Source: Eledone cirrhosa (lineage: Eukaryota). From it: a stretch of DNA of 64,000 nucleotides. The position numbers and the translations under genes were made by a program. The stretch spans positions 43,090,001 to 43,154,000 of the forward strand of contig OZ024743.1 of the NCBI GenBank assembly GCA_964016885.1, written 5' to 3'. Shown in pieces: positions 12,103 through 24,971 of the stretch. Under the pieces are notes generated by a model that saw only the letters and a program-made list of their open reading frames with translations, did not search any database and had not been told where the DNA came from. Every line of letters starts with the position of its first letter. Positions within the stretch are counted from its first letter, which is position 1.

Positions 12103-13313
12103 CAGCTCCGAAGTGATGGGAAGGTTTGAACCATTAGCTTATTTTTCGACCCCAGTCTGGTTCCTCTCTGAGGAACGCGGCCTTTTTTACCCGGGTGACG
12201 GCCGATCCGGTATGAGATTTTATCATTAGACATTTACTTTATTTTGTCGCGTTTTATCCTTATCCGCCAAGGGGTAATCATTTCGTGTTACCACTTCTAG
12301 AACGAGTGTCAACCAAGACTAGAGGGGTCGTTCTCCCCTAGTGACACGGCTATTCCCCGCCGGCCGCCATCCCGGTATTTCTTGGTCACGGGGTTTTCTT
12401 TTTGTTGTTTTTTTTAAATTGTTATTAGCATGAGTAGTTCCTTAATGTGAGCATTGCGTGGCTTAAGAATGAAATTATTAATAACTGTCTCCACTCCAGG
12501 CACAAGGCCAGCAATCACCCAGTGCATTACAATAATATAATATACTTTTTGTTGTAGTTGGCTGTTATTGTTGTTGGCTATGTCGGTGGTGGTGCCGGGG
12601 CTTTTTATATTGTTGGTGAGGAAGGGGTGAGCCAGCAGTCCCATAGTTGTTGATGTTGACGTTTGGCAGGTGGCCAGGTCACTAAGTCAATCTATTTATA
12701 TCTTTTGCTAGCCTCTCACTTGTCTAGTGATACCGCCACCTTCCCCTTTCTCTCTCAAGTTAACAGGGGAATAGTGGTGGTAGCAATGAAGGAGTGGTGG
12801 CGGCGGCGATGGGATAGTGGTAGCAAGATGATGGATGGGGTGGTGGCGGCGGTGGCGTTGTGGTTACTGGGTTTGGTGATATGTAGTATCTATGAGTTTG
12901 TGTTCGTATGTTTAATATATATTGTGTTGACATATTCCCGTAAAATTGGAATTAAACATTTTGTTAAAATTTGAGACAATAATAATAGTAATTATTATTA
13001 TCATGACGGGATTGATGGTGGTGGTGGTGAAATTGCCGTTATCTGGCTGTTATATTTAGTGTGATGGGATAGGTGGTGTATCAAGTTTCTGGTGTTGGTG
13101 AAATTGCTGTTATTTGGCTGTTCTATATAATGTAGACAGAGGGTGTTTTCTTCCATTTATAACCATCTTCTTTTTTTGAATACAAAATATATAATACAAA
13201 ATTGAATATTTGATCGATACAACAATATAATATGGATCCGAAACTTTATGGGACCTCATTCGGTGGTTTATGCAACATTTGTACTAAGAATTGTTATTTC
13301 ACAATTGATTTAA

Positions 13314-13315
<2 letters not shown>
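12103..13315 (-). mobile_element. Dong family B copy B2 (5' leader + first ~130 nt of ORF only)
   Basis: Near-identical to 3058-4270; 5' end abuts (TTA)n at 13315. Confidence 0.9.
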
Positions 13316-13370
<55 letters not shown>

Positions 13371-13372
<2 letters not shown>

Positions 13373-15655
13373 AGTTGCATTTATCTTGCTTTATGTTCAT
13401 ACGAGTTATCACCAAGTCACAACCAGTGACCTCAAGAGATAACAAGGTCCGCCATGTTCAAGAAAGAACATACATATTCACACATGGATCTTTAGTGTTT
13501 AGACTTGTGATGTACTTATACTGACATAATCTTCCTTAGTATATGGGCAGTTCCCATTAGTACTATCTTTTGTATTTCTCCTATACGCGGGTTTCCTGGG
13601 ATTTGCGATATGTAATGATTAGACCCCTTAGGTATCATTCCCAGAGCGCCTACAACCACTGGTATTGTTTTAGTTCTCAATTTCCACATTTTTCCAATTT
13701 CTATCTCCAGGTCCTTATACTTGCTCAATTTTTCAAATGTTTTTATAGATACATTCTTGTCTATTGGAACAGACATATCAATTAGCAGGCATACCCTCTT
13801 TTGAAAGTCTTTCAATATTATATCAGGTCTGTTTGCATCTATTTTTCGGTCTGTTTGGATGCTAAAGTTCCACAAGATTGAGATGTGATCTTTTTCAAGT
13901 ATGGGAGGTGGTTGATGCTCCCACCAATTCTTTTGATGGGGCAGGTCAAAATGCTTACACATTATCCAATGTATGTATTGTGCAACTCTGTCATGCCTGT
14001 TTAGGTATTCGGTTGGAGCTATAGGACTGCACATTGAAATTATATGGTCAATGGTCTCTGGTTGTTTTTTGCATACACGGCATAATGGACTGCACCCATT
14101 TTTTATTATGTTGGCTTGGTAATTTTTTGTTGGCAGACACTGATCTTGTGCCGATATAATCAGTCCTTCAGTCTCCGATTTCAGTCCAGAGGATGCCAAC
14201 CACTGATGGGTTAACATTTTGTCAACATCAGGATTGTTAGCTCGCTCTGGATATTTTCCATACAGAGGCTTTTCTTGCCATTTCTTAGCCAGTTTCTGTA
14301 GCAGTTCTTTCTTTGCAGTTAGTTTTACCTGCTTTGCTTTTTCTGTGTTTTCCATTTCAGCAGTAAATGGGACTTCTGAAATTTGTAGTCCGTTACTGTA
14401 TCTTTGTGCATCTTTTGTAATGGAATATGATCTTTTGATGCTTTCGTGTTTGATCATCCAATCATGTGATTCCCTTAGATATGTAGATAATCCAATTGTT
14501 GCAGTTTTCAACGCAATGTCTAACTGGATTAACCCACGTCCTCCTTCTTTCCTAGGGAGATATATTCTATCTATATCTGCCTTAGGGTGATGCATTCTGT
14601 GCATGGTTAAGAATTTTCGAATTTTTGTATCGAGCCTACGGATCTCTGTGCTTGACCAGTTGATGACATTGTAACTGTAGGTTACTACTGGTATGGCAAG
14701 CGTGTTTATGGCATCGATCCTATTCCTTGCATTCAATTCCGTTCTTAAGATTGCTCTTACTCTGCGGTAACATTCCTTCCTTATCCTTTCCCTCATTGTC
14801 GAGTGCTTGATTCCGTCTCCTTCACAAACACCTAGATATTTGTAAGTTTTTTCTTGATCAAGTTCTCTTATCACGTTCCCCCGATCAAGATTAATGTCTG
14901 AACTCTTCAGCAGCTTTCCTCTGGTGAACGTTGCTTTGGCGCATTTATCTAGTCCAAACTCCATTTTAATGTCATCACTGAACTGCTTCACATTGGATAA
15001 TAGCCCTTGCAATTGTTCATCATTTTTTTGCAAATGGTTTCAGTTCATCCATGTAGAACAGGTGATTAATGGTTTTGTCATAGACTTTATATCCATGTTT
15101 TGTTTCATTGAGCATTTTACTTAATGGTATAAGTGCGATGCAGAATAAAAGCGGTGATAAAGAGTCACCCTGAACAATTCCACAATTAATATTAACTTCT
15201 CCAGCTTCCAGTGATTTTGTTTCACTATTCAAAAGGAGTGTCGTTTTCCATGTCTTCATACTGAATGACAAAAACCTCCTGACAACGGAGGATACTTTGA
15301 AAATCTCTAAACATTTTTCAATCCAACTGTGTGGCAAACTATCAAATGCTTTTTTATAATCTATCCAAGCAATCGATAGATTTTTGTGTCTATTATGACA
15401 ATCTTCCAGTATCATTTTGTTAACCAGAAGCTGATCCTTACAGCCATATGAGCCTCGTTTTCACCCTTTCTGCTCAATGGGGAATAGGTCATTTGTTATC
15501 AGGTGGCCATATGTGTATTCAGTTAGGACTGATGTTAAAATGTTATACATTGTGGTCAAGCAAGTTATCGGTCTGTAATTTTTGGGATTGTTTGTCTCAT
15601 CATTCTTCGGAAGCAGGAATGTAATGCCGTTAACTAACCATGAAGGTATCTTTTC
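13371..15655 (-). mobile_element. Dong family B copy B3 (5'-truncated; RT, CCHC, RLE, 3' UTR), frameshifted
   Basis: GIVQGDSLSP, HLFYMDEL, YKYLGV, CRVCKKQPETIDHIISMC, RHD, RPDII..IDMSVP..KLSKYKDL in ORFs 15020-15415 and 13516-15033; 3' end on (TAA)n. Confidence 0.92.
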
Positions 15656-15702
15656 TTCTTCTTCTTCTTCTTCTTCTTCTTCTTCTTCTTCTTCTTCTTC
15701 TT

Positions 15703-15788
<86 letters not shown>
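15652..15788. repeat. Compound (TTC)n(TTA)n microsatellite at the B3 5' junction
   Basis: Directly visible. Confidence 0.97.
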
Positions 15789-15790
<2 letters not shown>

Positions 15791-16092
15791 CTTGAATCTC
15801 AGTCATTGATGTTGGTTAACTGGAAAGTCCGTTGGATTGAATATCAAGCCACTACCTGCAGCCTCAGATATTCAGGACGTATCGGAGGGTTCTTGCCGTT
15901 CCAAGCAAGCATGCCTTTTGAAGCGTTCCAAAAAGCGTGAAGGGGCCGATTTTCTTTAACCATCCCTGGAAACCTTTGGAGATAGTCCCCAGTGCGCCTA
16001 TGACAATCGGGATCACTTTGACTTCATGGCAGTTCCAAATCCTTTTCACCTCCCACTTTAGGTCCTGGTATCGGTTAATTTTCTCCCTCTCC
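15789..16092 (-). mobile_element. Dong-A 5'-truncated copy (~300 bp)
   Basis: 3' UTR and last ~75 codons of the family A ORF, with (TTA)n on both sides. Confidence 0.92.
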
Positions 16093-16156
<64 letters not shown>

Positions 16157-16242
16157 GTTATTGTTATTCCTTGAATCTCAGTCATTGATGTTGGTTAACT
16201 GGAAAGTCCGTTGGATTGAATATCAAGCCACTACCTGCAGCC

Positions 16243-19200
16243 TCAGATATTCAGGACGTATCGGAGAGTTCTTGCTGTTCCAAGCAAGCATGCCTTTTGA
16301 AGAGTTCCAAAAAGCGTGAAGGGGCTGATTTTCTTTAACCATCCCTGGAAACTTTTGGAGATAGTCCCCAGTGCGCCTATGACAATCGGGATCACTTTGA
16401 CTTCATGGCAGTTCCAAATCCTTTTCACCTCCCACTTTAGGTCCTGGTATCGGTTAATTTTCTCCCTCTCCTTCTCTTGCACTCTCGTGTCGAACGGGCA
16501 GGCCACATCCACAATCAGGCACGATCTTTTTTCTTTGTCCACAACCACCAGGTCAGGTCTATTGTGTTCCAGTTTTTTGTCCGTCTGTATCCTAAAATCC
16601 CACAGCACCTTCACCTGATTGTTCTCCATCACCGCCTCTGGCCTATGCTCATACCATTTCTCAGAATGTGGTAGATTGTTTACTTTGCACAGGTGCCAGT
16701 GGATCACCCTGCCCATCACATCGTGTCTCCAGCCCTTATAGTGGGTCTGGGCTAGGTGTTTACACTCGGACACAATGTGTGCCACAGTCTCCTCTCTCTC
16801 TCCACAGATCCTGCAGAGTGGGCTGGCCTTCTCCTTGTAGATATGGTGCTTCAACCACTTCGTTTTGAGGGCCTGCTCCTGCGCAGCCATTAGCATTCCT
16901 TCTGTAGCCTTTTTGAGGTCTCCTCTTCTCAACCAGTTCCATGTCTGTGGATCTCTAAATTCAGTTTTCTCAAAGAAGCTACTATGAAGGGGTTTTCCCT
17001 TAAGGCTGCTCTTCCTCCTTGATGTTATTTCCTCCCTGGACATCCCCTGGCCTACTGTCCCCTCCTTCAGTACAGCTCTGAGCATTGGCTCCTTACTATA
17101 GGTCACTTATTTGTATAGGTTGTTTTTCTCCATCTGAACACAGTCCTCTATGCTGATAAGACCTCTTCCACCCTCAGATCTCCTTAGGTAGAGTCTATCG
17201 ACATCACTCCTCTTGTGGAACATGTTGTAGATAGTCAATAGCTTCCTAGTCTTCCTATCCATTTCTTTCTGTTCAGCAACATTCCATCTCAGAATTCCCG
17301 CACTGTACCTAATAATAGACACAGCTCGGGAATTTACTGCGCTTATGGCATTTCTGCTGTTCAGATGTGACTTCAATACGCTCCTTACTCTCCGAATGTA
17401 TTCAGTTCTTAACAATTCCTTCATTTTTTTGTTCTTTATGCCATCAGCCTCCAGAACGCCCAAATACTTGTATCCTTCCTCAGAGTCAATTTCCTTTATC
17501 ATCTCACCTGTTGGTATCTGGATCCCGTTACTTCTGCTCAACCTACCCCTCTTCATCACAATGACTCCACATTTACCAATACCAAACTGCATACATATAT
17601 CACTGCTGAAAATACGGACAGTGTCAACAAGCACATCCAACTCCTTCTCACTTTTCCCGAAGAGCTTAAGATCGTCCATGAAGAGGAGGTGATTGATGGT
17701 AAGCTCTCCCCTTCCCAACTTGTATCCTGCTCTCACTTTTCGCAGCATAATGGTCAAGGGCATCAGGGCAAGGACAAACAACAGAGGGGACAGGCTATCT
17801 CCCTGGAAGATACCTCTCTTGATCTTCACGCTTCCCAAGGATACTCCAGTTGATGTCAACTCTGTCTCCCAGGACCCCATACTCCTGCCTAGCAACTGTC
17901 TGATGTTATCCACCACCCTGAAAATCTCCAGGCTTTTGGTGATCCAGGAATGAGGCACCATGTCAAATGCCTTTCTGTAGTCTATCCATCCCATGGCAAG
18001 ATCAGTGTGTCTCCTCCTGCAATTCCCCATTACCATCTTATCAATAAGCAACTGGTCCTTTGTACCACGTGACTTCTTTCGGCATCCTTTCTGTTCGTCC
18101 GGTAACAAGTTGTTTGTGTGGAGGTGATGGTAGATTTCCTCAGACACAATGCTCGTCAACAGTTTCCACATTACGGGCAGACATGTGATAGGTCTATAGT
18201 TGGTAACATCATTACCCTTGATTCGGTCTTTCATTATCAGAACTGTGGTACCTTTTGTCAACCACTCTGGCACCTCACCCGACAGGAAGCAGTCATTGAA
18301 CATGGCCGTCAGCTTCGGGTGGAGGGATGTTAGATGTTTAATCCAATACCCCTGCACACCATCTGGGCCTGGTGATTTCCAGTTGGTTAGTTTTTTGGCT
18401 TGTCCCTTAAGAGTTTCAACTGTGATACTCAAATCAGTCTGTTGCTGTGCCTGCTCACCGATCTCCCTCTGTACTGTCTCAATCCACCCTGCCTGGGCAT
18501 TGTGTCTAACATCCTGCTCCCATATTCCTCTCCAGAATGTTTTAGTTTGCTCCGCCCCAGGGATCAAGTCGTTGCCTCTTTCTTTGCCCTCAAGCTGTCC
18601 AAACAGCATCTTCTGGTTGTTGTCGAACATGCGGTTCTGTTTATACTGACTGACTCTGTTCTCGTATCGCCTGATTTTTGTACTCTTTGCTACAATGCGT
18701 TGCTTCAATTCCTCTATGATAATATTTAGCTTTTTACTCCTAGTTTTGTATTTTATTTCCAGTCTATTTTTAGTGCCTATGTTTTTTAGTGTCCCATGCA
18801 GTAGTGACTCAAGCTTTCCTATGTCATTTCTCATTTCCCCGATTTGCCCACTCAGTCGCTTCTTCCACCACGGCTCTGCTCTTTCTTGTCTGTTGTTTCC
18901 TCTCGCTTTTATACCAAGTAGTTTCCTCACCGTATTTGCTGTTGCTCTGAGGATATTGTTGCACTGGTGAAGGCTCCTCGCCTCAAGGTATGGGATGACT
19001 TTGTTTACCTTAGCTGTTGTTTCTTTTAACTTTTTCCTGTCTACAAATCTTAGGTTCATAGGTCTCCCACTATCATTGTTCAATTCATCTACCACTAAAT
19101 TTAGGATGTCAACCGAATCTTGTCCTAGCCCGTCAGCATTCATCTCCTCAGTGGCCGTATCTCTGTTCCAGGTATTATTTATCTCAGTACTCAGATCATT

Positions 19201-19635
19201 GTCTGCTTCGGGTGGTTCCTCCGTTCTCAGGACCTCCTCACCTTCATTTCCCACCGGCTCGCTTGTCTGGCATACTACACCCGCCATCTCCAAGCCATTC
19301 TCTCTGCTCAGTTCCTCCAGTTCCAGCTCGCTTATCCACCCATTAGTTCTTATTACCCGAGCCTGCCCGGCCAATTTTTGTTCATCTAATTTAAATAAAC
19401 CAATCTCGTTCCAGATGTTATGCATCCGTCTCCTGTAGCCCCTCTCCTTGGGGTTACTTTTCAGGTAGCATTGCATAACAGTTCTATTCAATTCTTTCGT
19501 CCAGTTGGTTCTGGCCCCTTTCCTTCTTCTCCTTCCTCCAACATCAGCAGTATTTGGTTGACAGTCAGGTTCCTGCTGCTGAGCCAGGGGGCACCTGTTG
19601 GGTGAGAGTCTGTCACATGACGTTCTAGTCTCCAT
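16243..19635 (-). pseudogene. Dong-A2 ~1130-codon ORF with a single in-frame stop
   Basis: ORFs 17107-19635 and 16243-17106 are adjacent and in frame. TAA at 17107-17109 corresponds to TAC (Tyr) in copies A1 and A5. All RT, CCHC and RLE motifs are present. Confidence 0.93.
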
Positions 19636-20530
19636 TTCACCGTTATTCGAACTGTTTATGTTCGATATTTAAACACTCTTATCGAGGATTGGCGAATGTA
19701 TGTTTACATAGCCATCTGTGGATCCGCCATCCCACTTGGCCCTTGTGTGGCATTATCACCACGCTGTATACGAACACACATAAACAAACAAACACACAGG
19801 CAGAAAGGGCCCCAGAAATGAATAAGCATAAGTTTCATTGTAATGTAGTGTTCGAATGTCTGACTTAGTTTTAGTTTTTTAAGTTTTACTTTTTCCCCCC
19901 TCTTCTCTGTCCGTCCGCCTGCTTCTCTCTTCATTCTTATTTTCTTTACGTTTTTGGGGTTTCTTTTTTTTGTTTTTGTTTTTCTCTGTTTGTTTTTCTC
20001 GTTTTTTGCTGTTGTTGCTGTGCTGCTTTGGTTTTGTTGTTTGTTTTTTCTTTTTTCTTTCGGGTCTATCTATATATTTTGATGCCTTCCTCTTTGTTAG
20101 TAGTAGGAATTCTATAATGTGGAAGTAGCAGCCAGCAGGGAAGTGGGAGACTGGCGGCGTTAGCGATACTGAGACAGTGGTGGTGGTGATGTCGATACCG
20201 AGGCAGTGGTGGCGGTGATGTGACCGTATTACTGTAGTGATGGTGCTGTAGCGGAGTCAAGGGGTGGTGGCGGCGGTGCTGGGATAGTGGTGGTTATGAT
20301 GGCCGTAGTGAGCGGTGGCGGTGAAGGTGAAAATGTGTCGTTATCTGGCTGTTGTGTTTAGTGTACACAGATGATGGGGTGGGTGGTGTATCTAGTTTCT
20401 GGTGTTGGTGAGTTTAGCTGTCCTATATAGTGTAGCCAGAGGAGAGGAGGGGAGGGGTTCTTCTTCCATTTATAGCCATTTTTTTTTTTTTGGATATACA
20501 GTGTACAATACAAAGTTGAATATTTGAATA

Positions 20531-20629
20531 TTTGAGCCTTATAACAATATATTTTCTTTACGTTTTGAGCCTTATAACAATATATTTTCTTTACGTTTTG
20601 AGCCTTATAACAATATATTTTCTTTACGT
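20531..20629. repeat. 33-bp x3 tandem repeat at the junction of the duplicated leader
   Basis: tttgagccttataacaatatattttctttacgt repeated three times, no spacers. Confidence 0.92.
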
Positions 20630-21212
20630 TTTTGGGGTTTCTTTTTTTTGTTTTTGTTTTTCTCTGTTTGTTTTTCTCGTTTTTTGCTGTTGTTGCTGTG
20701 CTGCTTTGGTTTTGTTGTTTGTTTTTTCTTTTTTCTTTTGGGTCTATCTATATATTTTGATGCCTTCCTCTTTGTTAGTAGTAGGAATTCTATAATGTGG
20801 GAGTAGCAGCCAGCAGGGAAGTGGGAGACTGGCGGCGTTAGCGATACTGAGACAGTGGTGGTGGTGATGTCGATACCGAGGCAGTGGTGGCGGTGATGTG
20901 ACCGTATTACTGTAGTGATGGTGCTGTAGCGGAGTCAAGGGGTGGTGGCGGCGGTGATGGGATAGTGGTGGTAATGATAGCCGTAGTGAGCGGTGGCGGT
21001 GAAGGTGAAAATGTGTCGTTATCTGGCTGTTGTGTTTAGTGTACACATATGATGGGGTGGGTGGTGTATCTAGTTTCTGGTGTTGGTGAGTTTAGCTGTC
21101 CTATATAGTGTAGCCAGAGGAGAGGAGGGGAGGGGTTCTTCTTCCATTTATAGCCATTTTTTTTTTCACCTCCCACAATTATTATTATTATTATTATTTT
21201 TCACCTCCCACA

Positions 21213-21269
<57 letters not shown>

Positions 21270-21274
21270 GTTAT

Positions 21275-22203
21275 TCCTTGAATCTCAGTCATTGATGTTG
21301 GTTAACTGGAAAGTCCGTTGGATTGAATATCAAGCCACTACCTGCAGCCTCAGATATTCAGGACGTATCGGAGGGTTCTTGCTGTTCCAAGCAAGCATGC
21401 CTTTTGAAGCGTTCCAAAAAGCGTGAAGGGGCCGATTTTCTTTAACCATCCCTGGAAACTTTTGGAGATAGTCCCCAGTGCGCCTATGACAATCGGGATC
21501 ACTTTGACTTCATGGCAGTTCCAGATCCTTTTCACCTCCCACTTTAGGTCCTGGTATCGGTTAATTTTCTCCCTCTCCTTCTCTTGCACTCTCGTGTCGA
21601 ACGGGCAGGCCACATCCACAATCAGACACGATCTTTTTTCTTTGTCCACAACCACCAGGTCAGGTCTATTGTGTTCCAGTTTTTTGTCCGTCTGTATCCT
21701 AAAATCCCACAGCACCTTCACCTTATTGTTCTCCATCACCGCCTCTGGCCTATGCTCATACCATTTCTCAGAATGTGGTAAATTGTTTACTTTGCACAGG
21801 TGCCAGTGGATCACCCTGCCCATCACATCGTGTCTCCAGCCCTTATAGTGGGTCTGGGCTAGGTGTTTACACTCGGACACAATGTGAGCCACAGTCTCCT
21901 CTCTCTCCACAGATCCTGCACAGTGGGCTAGCCTCCTCCTTGTAGATATGGTGCTTCAACCACTTCGTTTTGAGGGCCTGCTCCTGCGCAGCCATTAGCA
22001 TTCCTTCTGTAGCCTTTTTGAGGTCTCCTCTTCTCAACCAGTACCATGTCTGTGGATCTCTAAATTCAGTTTTCTCAAAGAAGGTACTATGAAGGGATTT
22101 TCCCTTAAGGCTGCTCTTCCTCCTTGATGTTATTTCCTCCTTGGACATCTCCTGGCCTACTGTCCCCTCCTTCAGTACAGTTCTGAGCATTGGCTCCTTA
22201 CTA
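21275..22203 (-). mobile_element. Dong-A 5'-truncated copy (~930 bp)
   Basis: CCHC/RLE region with a 2-nt loss in the (GA)n run near 21900; (TTA)n on both sides. Confidence 0.92.
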
Positions 22204-22205
22204 TA

Positions 22206-22245
<40 letters not shown>

Positions 22246-22246
<1 letters not shown>

Positions 22247-24970
22247 TGCTGCCAGTTACAGTAGAGTGCTTCGAGGAGTTCGGAGAACAAGTCTGGCATA
22301 TTTACGTAAAACTCGTAGGGCAAGCCATCCAAGCCGGGTGTCTTGCGCCTCATGCAGCCGACAAGGGCGTCCTGAATTTCGGCTGAAGTAATCGGCCTTT
22401 CGCAGCGCTCAGCGTCGACCGTCGAGATGTGCGGTAAGCCGTCAAGGTAGGGACTGAAATCCGCTACTCTCTCTGACCCGCCACTCTCCCCGAACAACCG
22501 AGCAAAGTGCTGGCGAAAGGCATCACACATCCGCTTGGAATCGCTTATCTCGTCTCCGTCTCGGTCCGCCAAAGACAGAATTGTGGTTTTATTACCACGC
22601 TGCGCCTCCTCCACGCGGGCCCATCGAACAGCTTTAGTTCCCTCGTTTCTCAGCGCTCGCGCCTTAGCTCTGACAATGCAACCTTCGTGTTTGGCATTGA
22701 AGAAATGGTCTAATGCCATTCTTGCCGCTAGCACGTCAGTTGCGATGCCACTACAAATAGCCTCGTCTAACTTATCTACCAGCTCCCCCTCCTGTCTAAG
22801 AACAAGAGGGATACATTAGACAACTTCAGGCCCATAACTCTGCTCAACACAGAGTTTAAGATTTTGGCCAAGGTGTTAGCAAAGAGATTGGCGCTTGTCG
22901 TCGAGGATTTGGTTGGGGAGGCGCAAACTTGCGCAATCCCAGCCAGGTCCATACACGACAATCTCCACCTCATGCGATACATCATAGAGAGGGTAGGGTG
23001 TAAACCTGGCTTCGGTGGGACACTGATCAATTTAGATCAATCGAAAGCATTCGATAGGGTCGACCATCGGTATCTGGAGTTTGTCCTCAAAGCAGCTGGC
23101 TTCGGCCCTGTCTTTAGAAGCTGGATCGTTGCAATGCACAGCGGCACACGCTCGGTGGTCAAAGTTAATGGCCACCTCTCGGAACCATTTCGGCTCTCCG
23201 ATCGGTCCGTCAAGGGTGCCCTCTCTCTTCCCTTCTGTACGTATTGACTCTCGAGCCTTTACTGTGGAAGCTGGAGCTGTTGCATGGCATCCCGCTCGAA
23301 CCGGGACGTGGAAAGGCGGTGTCGGCTTATGCGGACGACATCACCGTGATGGTGTCGAACACCTCATAAATCGAGGTGGTCGGCACCTTATTGAAAGAAT
23401 ATGAAAGGTTGACAGGAGCCAAACTTAACCCGGAAAAGTCGGTGGGCTTGCAGCTCGGAACCTGGAGAGGCAAGCCCATGCCGTCCAACAGCGTCGTGGG
23501 GCGCTGGACGGACGGACCAGTAAAGTTGCTCGGGGTTTGGTTCGGACCAGACCTCCAGGTAGAAAATAATTGGGACGAGGTAACGAGCAGAGTAGCCAGT
23601 CTCACCCAAAAATGGGCTGGGAGGAAGCTATCACTGAAAGGTCGCGCGGAGGTGGCGAATGCGTACATCGCGTCCGTCATCTATTACCGACTAACCGTCG
23701 TGCCTTGCCCCCGTCCGCGCCTCGTCAAGTTGGAACGGCTCCTCTTCAAATTCTTGTGGAGGGGACAAGTTCCGTTGGTGAGGCGGTCCATCTGCTGCCA
23801 GCACCCTCTACACGGAGGGCTGGGCATGCCGTGGCTAATTGCGCAGACATGCGTTGAGGCTGCGACATCTCCAGATATTCTGCCTCAATGGTGAACACGT
23901 GTGGTCGCCGTTTATCAGACGGGCTTTTCCGCAGCTCATTTCTTTGACTGAGCTGCAGTCCTGGGTCAAGAAGAGACCGAGACTGGGTGACTGGCACCTG
24001 GAATGTTGCCAGGCACTCACTGCCCTCTACCAAGCGGGCAATGCGATCAGTGGAACTTCCACTCTCGAGTTTTATAGAGGATTAGTGGTGGGCAAGTGCG
24101 ATGACGCACTCGGAGAAGCTTTGGGCCTCGACGAAGTCGAACTGACCAGTCTGTACCGGAGGACTTTTGAGCCGGGGACGATGGACAATTTCCAGAAATC
24201 CCTCGCTTGGCAGTGCTACCGGGGGGCACTGCCGGTTCGGAATAAACTCTACAGGCACGGAAGTGCTGTCAGACGGACCTGCCCTAGATGCGCACAGAAC
24301 GACGAAACCGTTCTGCACGCACTTGTCCAATGTCCGTGCATTACTGACTTGTGGAGTTATGTCGAACAGCTACTGTAGCGTGTGGAACGAATCCAGTTAT
24401 CGGCCGAGTCTATAGTGAAGATCGAGCCGCCACCTTCCTTAGGTCAGGAAGAGCAGGACATTTTCCTCTGTCTGGGGGCAGTTGCGAAAGAGATTATATG
24501 GTGGACCAGGTTGAAATGACTAAAGACAGACACTTTTCTCTTCGGCCAATCCCTCATCAACTTCTTCAAGTTTCACCTGGAAAGGAGGGTGAGGGTGGAG
24601 AGAGAAGTGCTGCCCCCCAGTACATTTGCTAAAAGATGGGTGAATGTGGCGAGAATGGCTCGTGTGAATGGGCCTACTCTGACCATGCGCCTATAGGCTA
24701 GCTAACTTGAGGAGAGGGGTGCTCTCCTGGGTGCCCTAGAAGCGCAGGGTGGTTCAGGATTGGTGGGGTACCCGAATCACCCCAGGGTCGTCCACCCCCT
24801 ATCGGGGAATTTATTTTGTTATATTTTGCATAGTTTATTTTATATTTTATATTTTCATTGTTAAATTAGTCTTGCCATTGTGCACTTTTACTCGACCTTA
24901 TTGTAAACCCCCACTGTCCCTGTCTTTGTATTGTCCCCTACATGTCGGCCCTTGTGGCTAATAAATGAAA

Positions 24971-24971
<1 letters not shown>
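22246..24971 (+). mobile_element. L1/Tx1-clade non-LTR retrotransposon, 5'-truncated, with inverted 5' segment (22246-~22800 on minus strand)
   Basis: Minus part: KTPGLDGLPYEFY. Plus part: NFRPITLLNTEFKILAKVL, LDQSKAFDRVDH, SAYADDITV (~23328), KLLGVWF, GGLGMP, CPRCAQNDETVLHALVQC. AATAAA at ~24960, then (ATT)n. Several frameshifts and stops. Confidence 0.88.

Larger units (their letters stand above)
16168..21167 (-). mobile_element. Dong family A copy A2 (full length, tandemly duplicated 5' leader)
   Basis: ORF 16243-19635; leader 19636-20550; leader segment repeated at ~20617-21167; (TTA)n at both ends. Confidence 0.93.

Noticed and set aside
20531-20629. 33-bp repeats resembling a CRISPR array
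   Set aside because: No spacers, no cas genes, eukaryotic context; it is a junction stutter.
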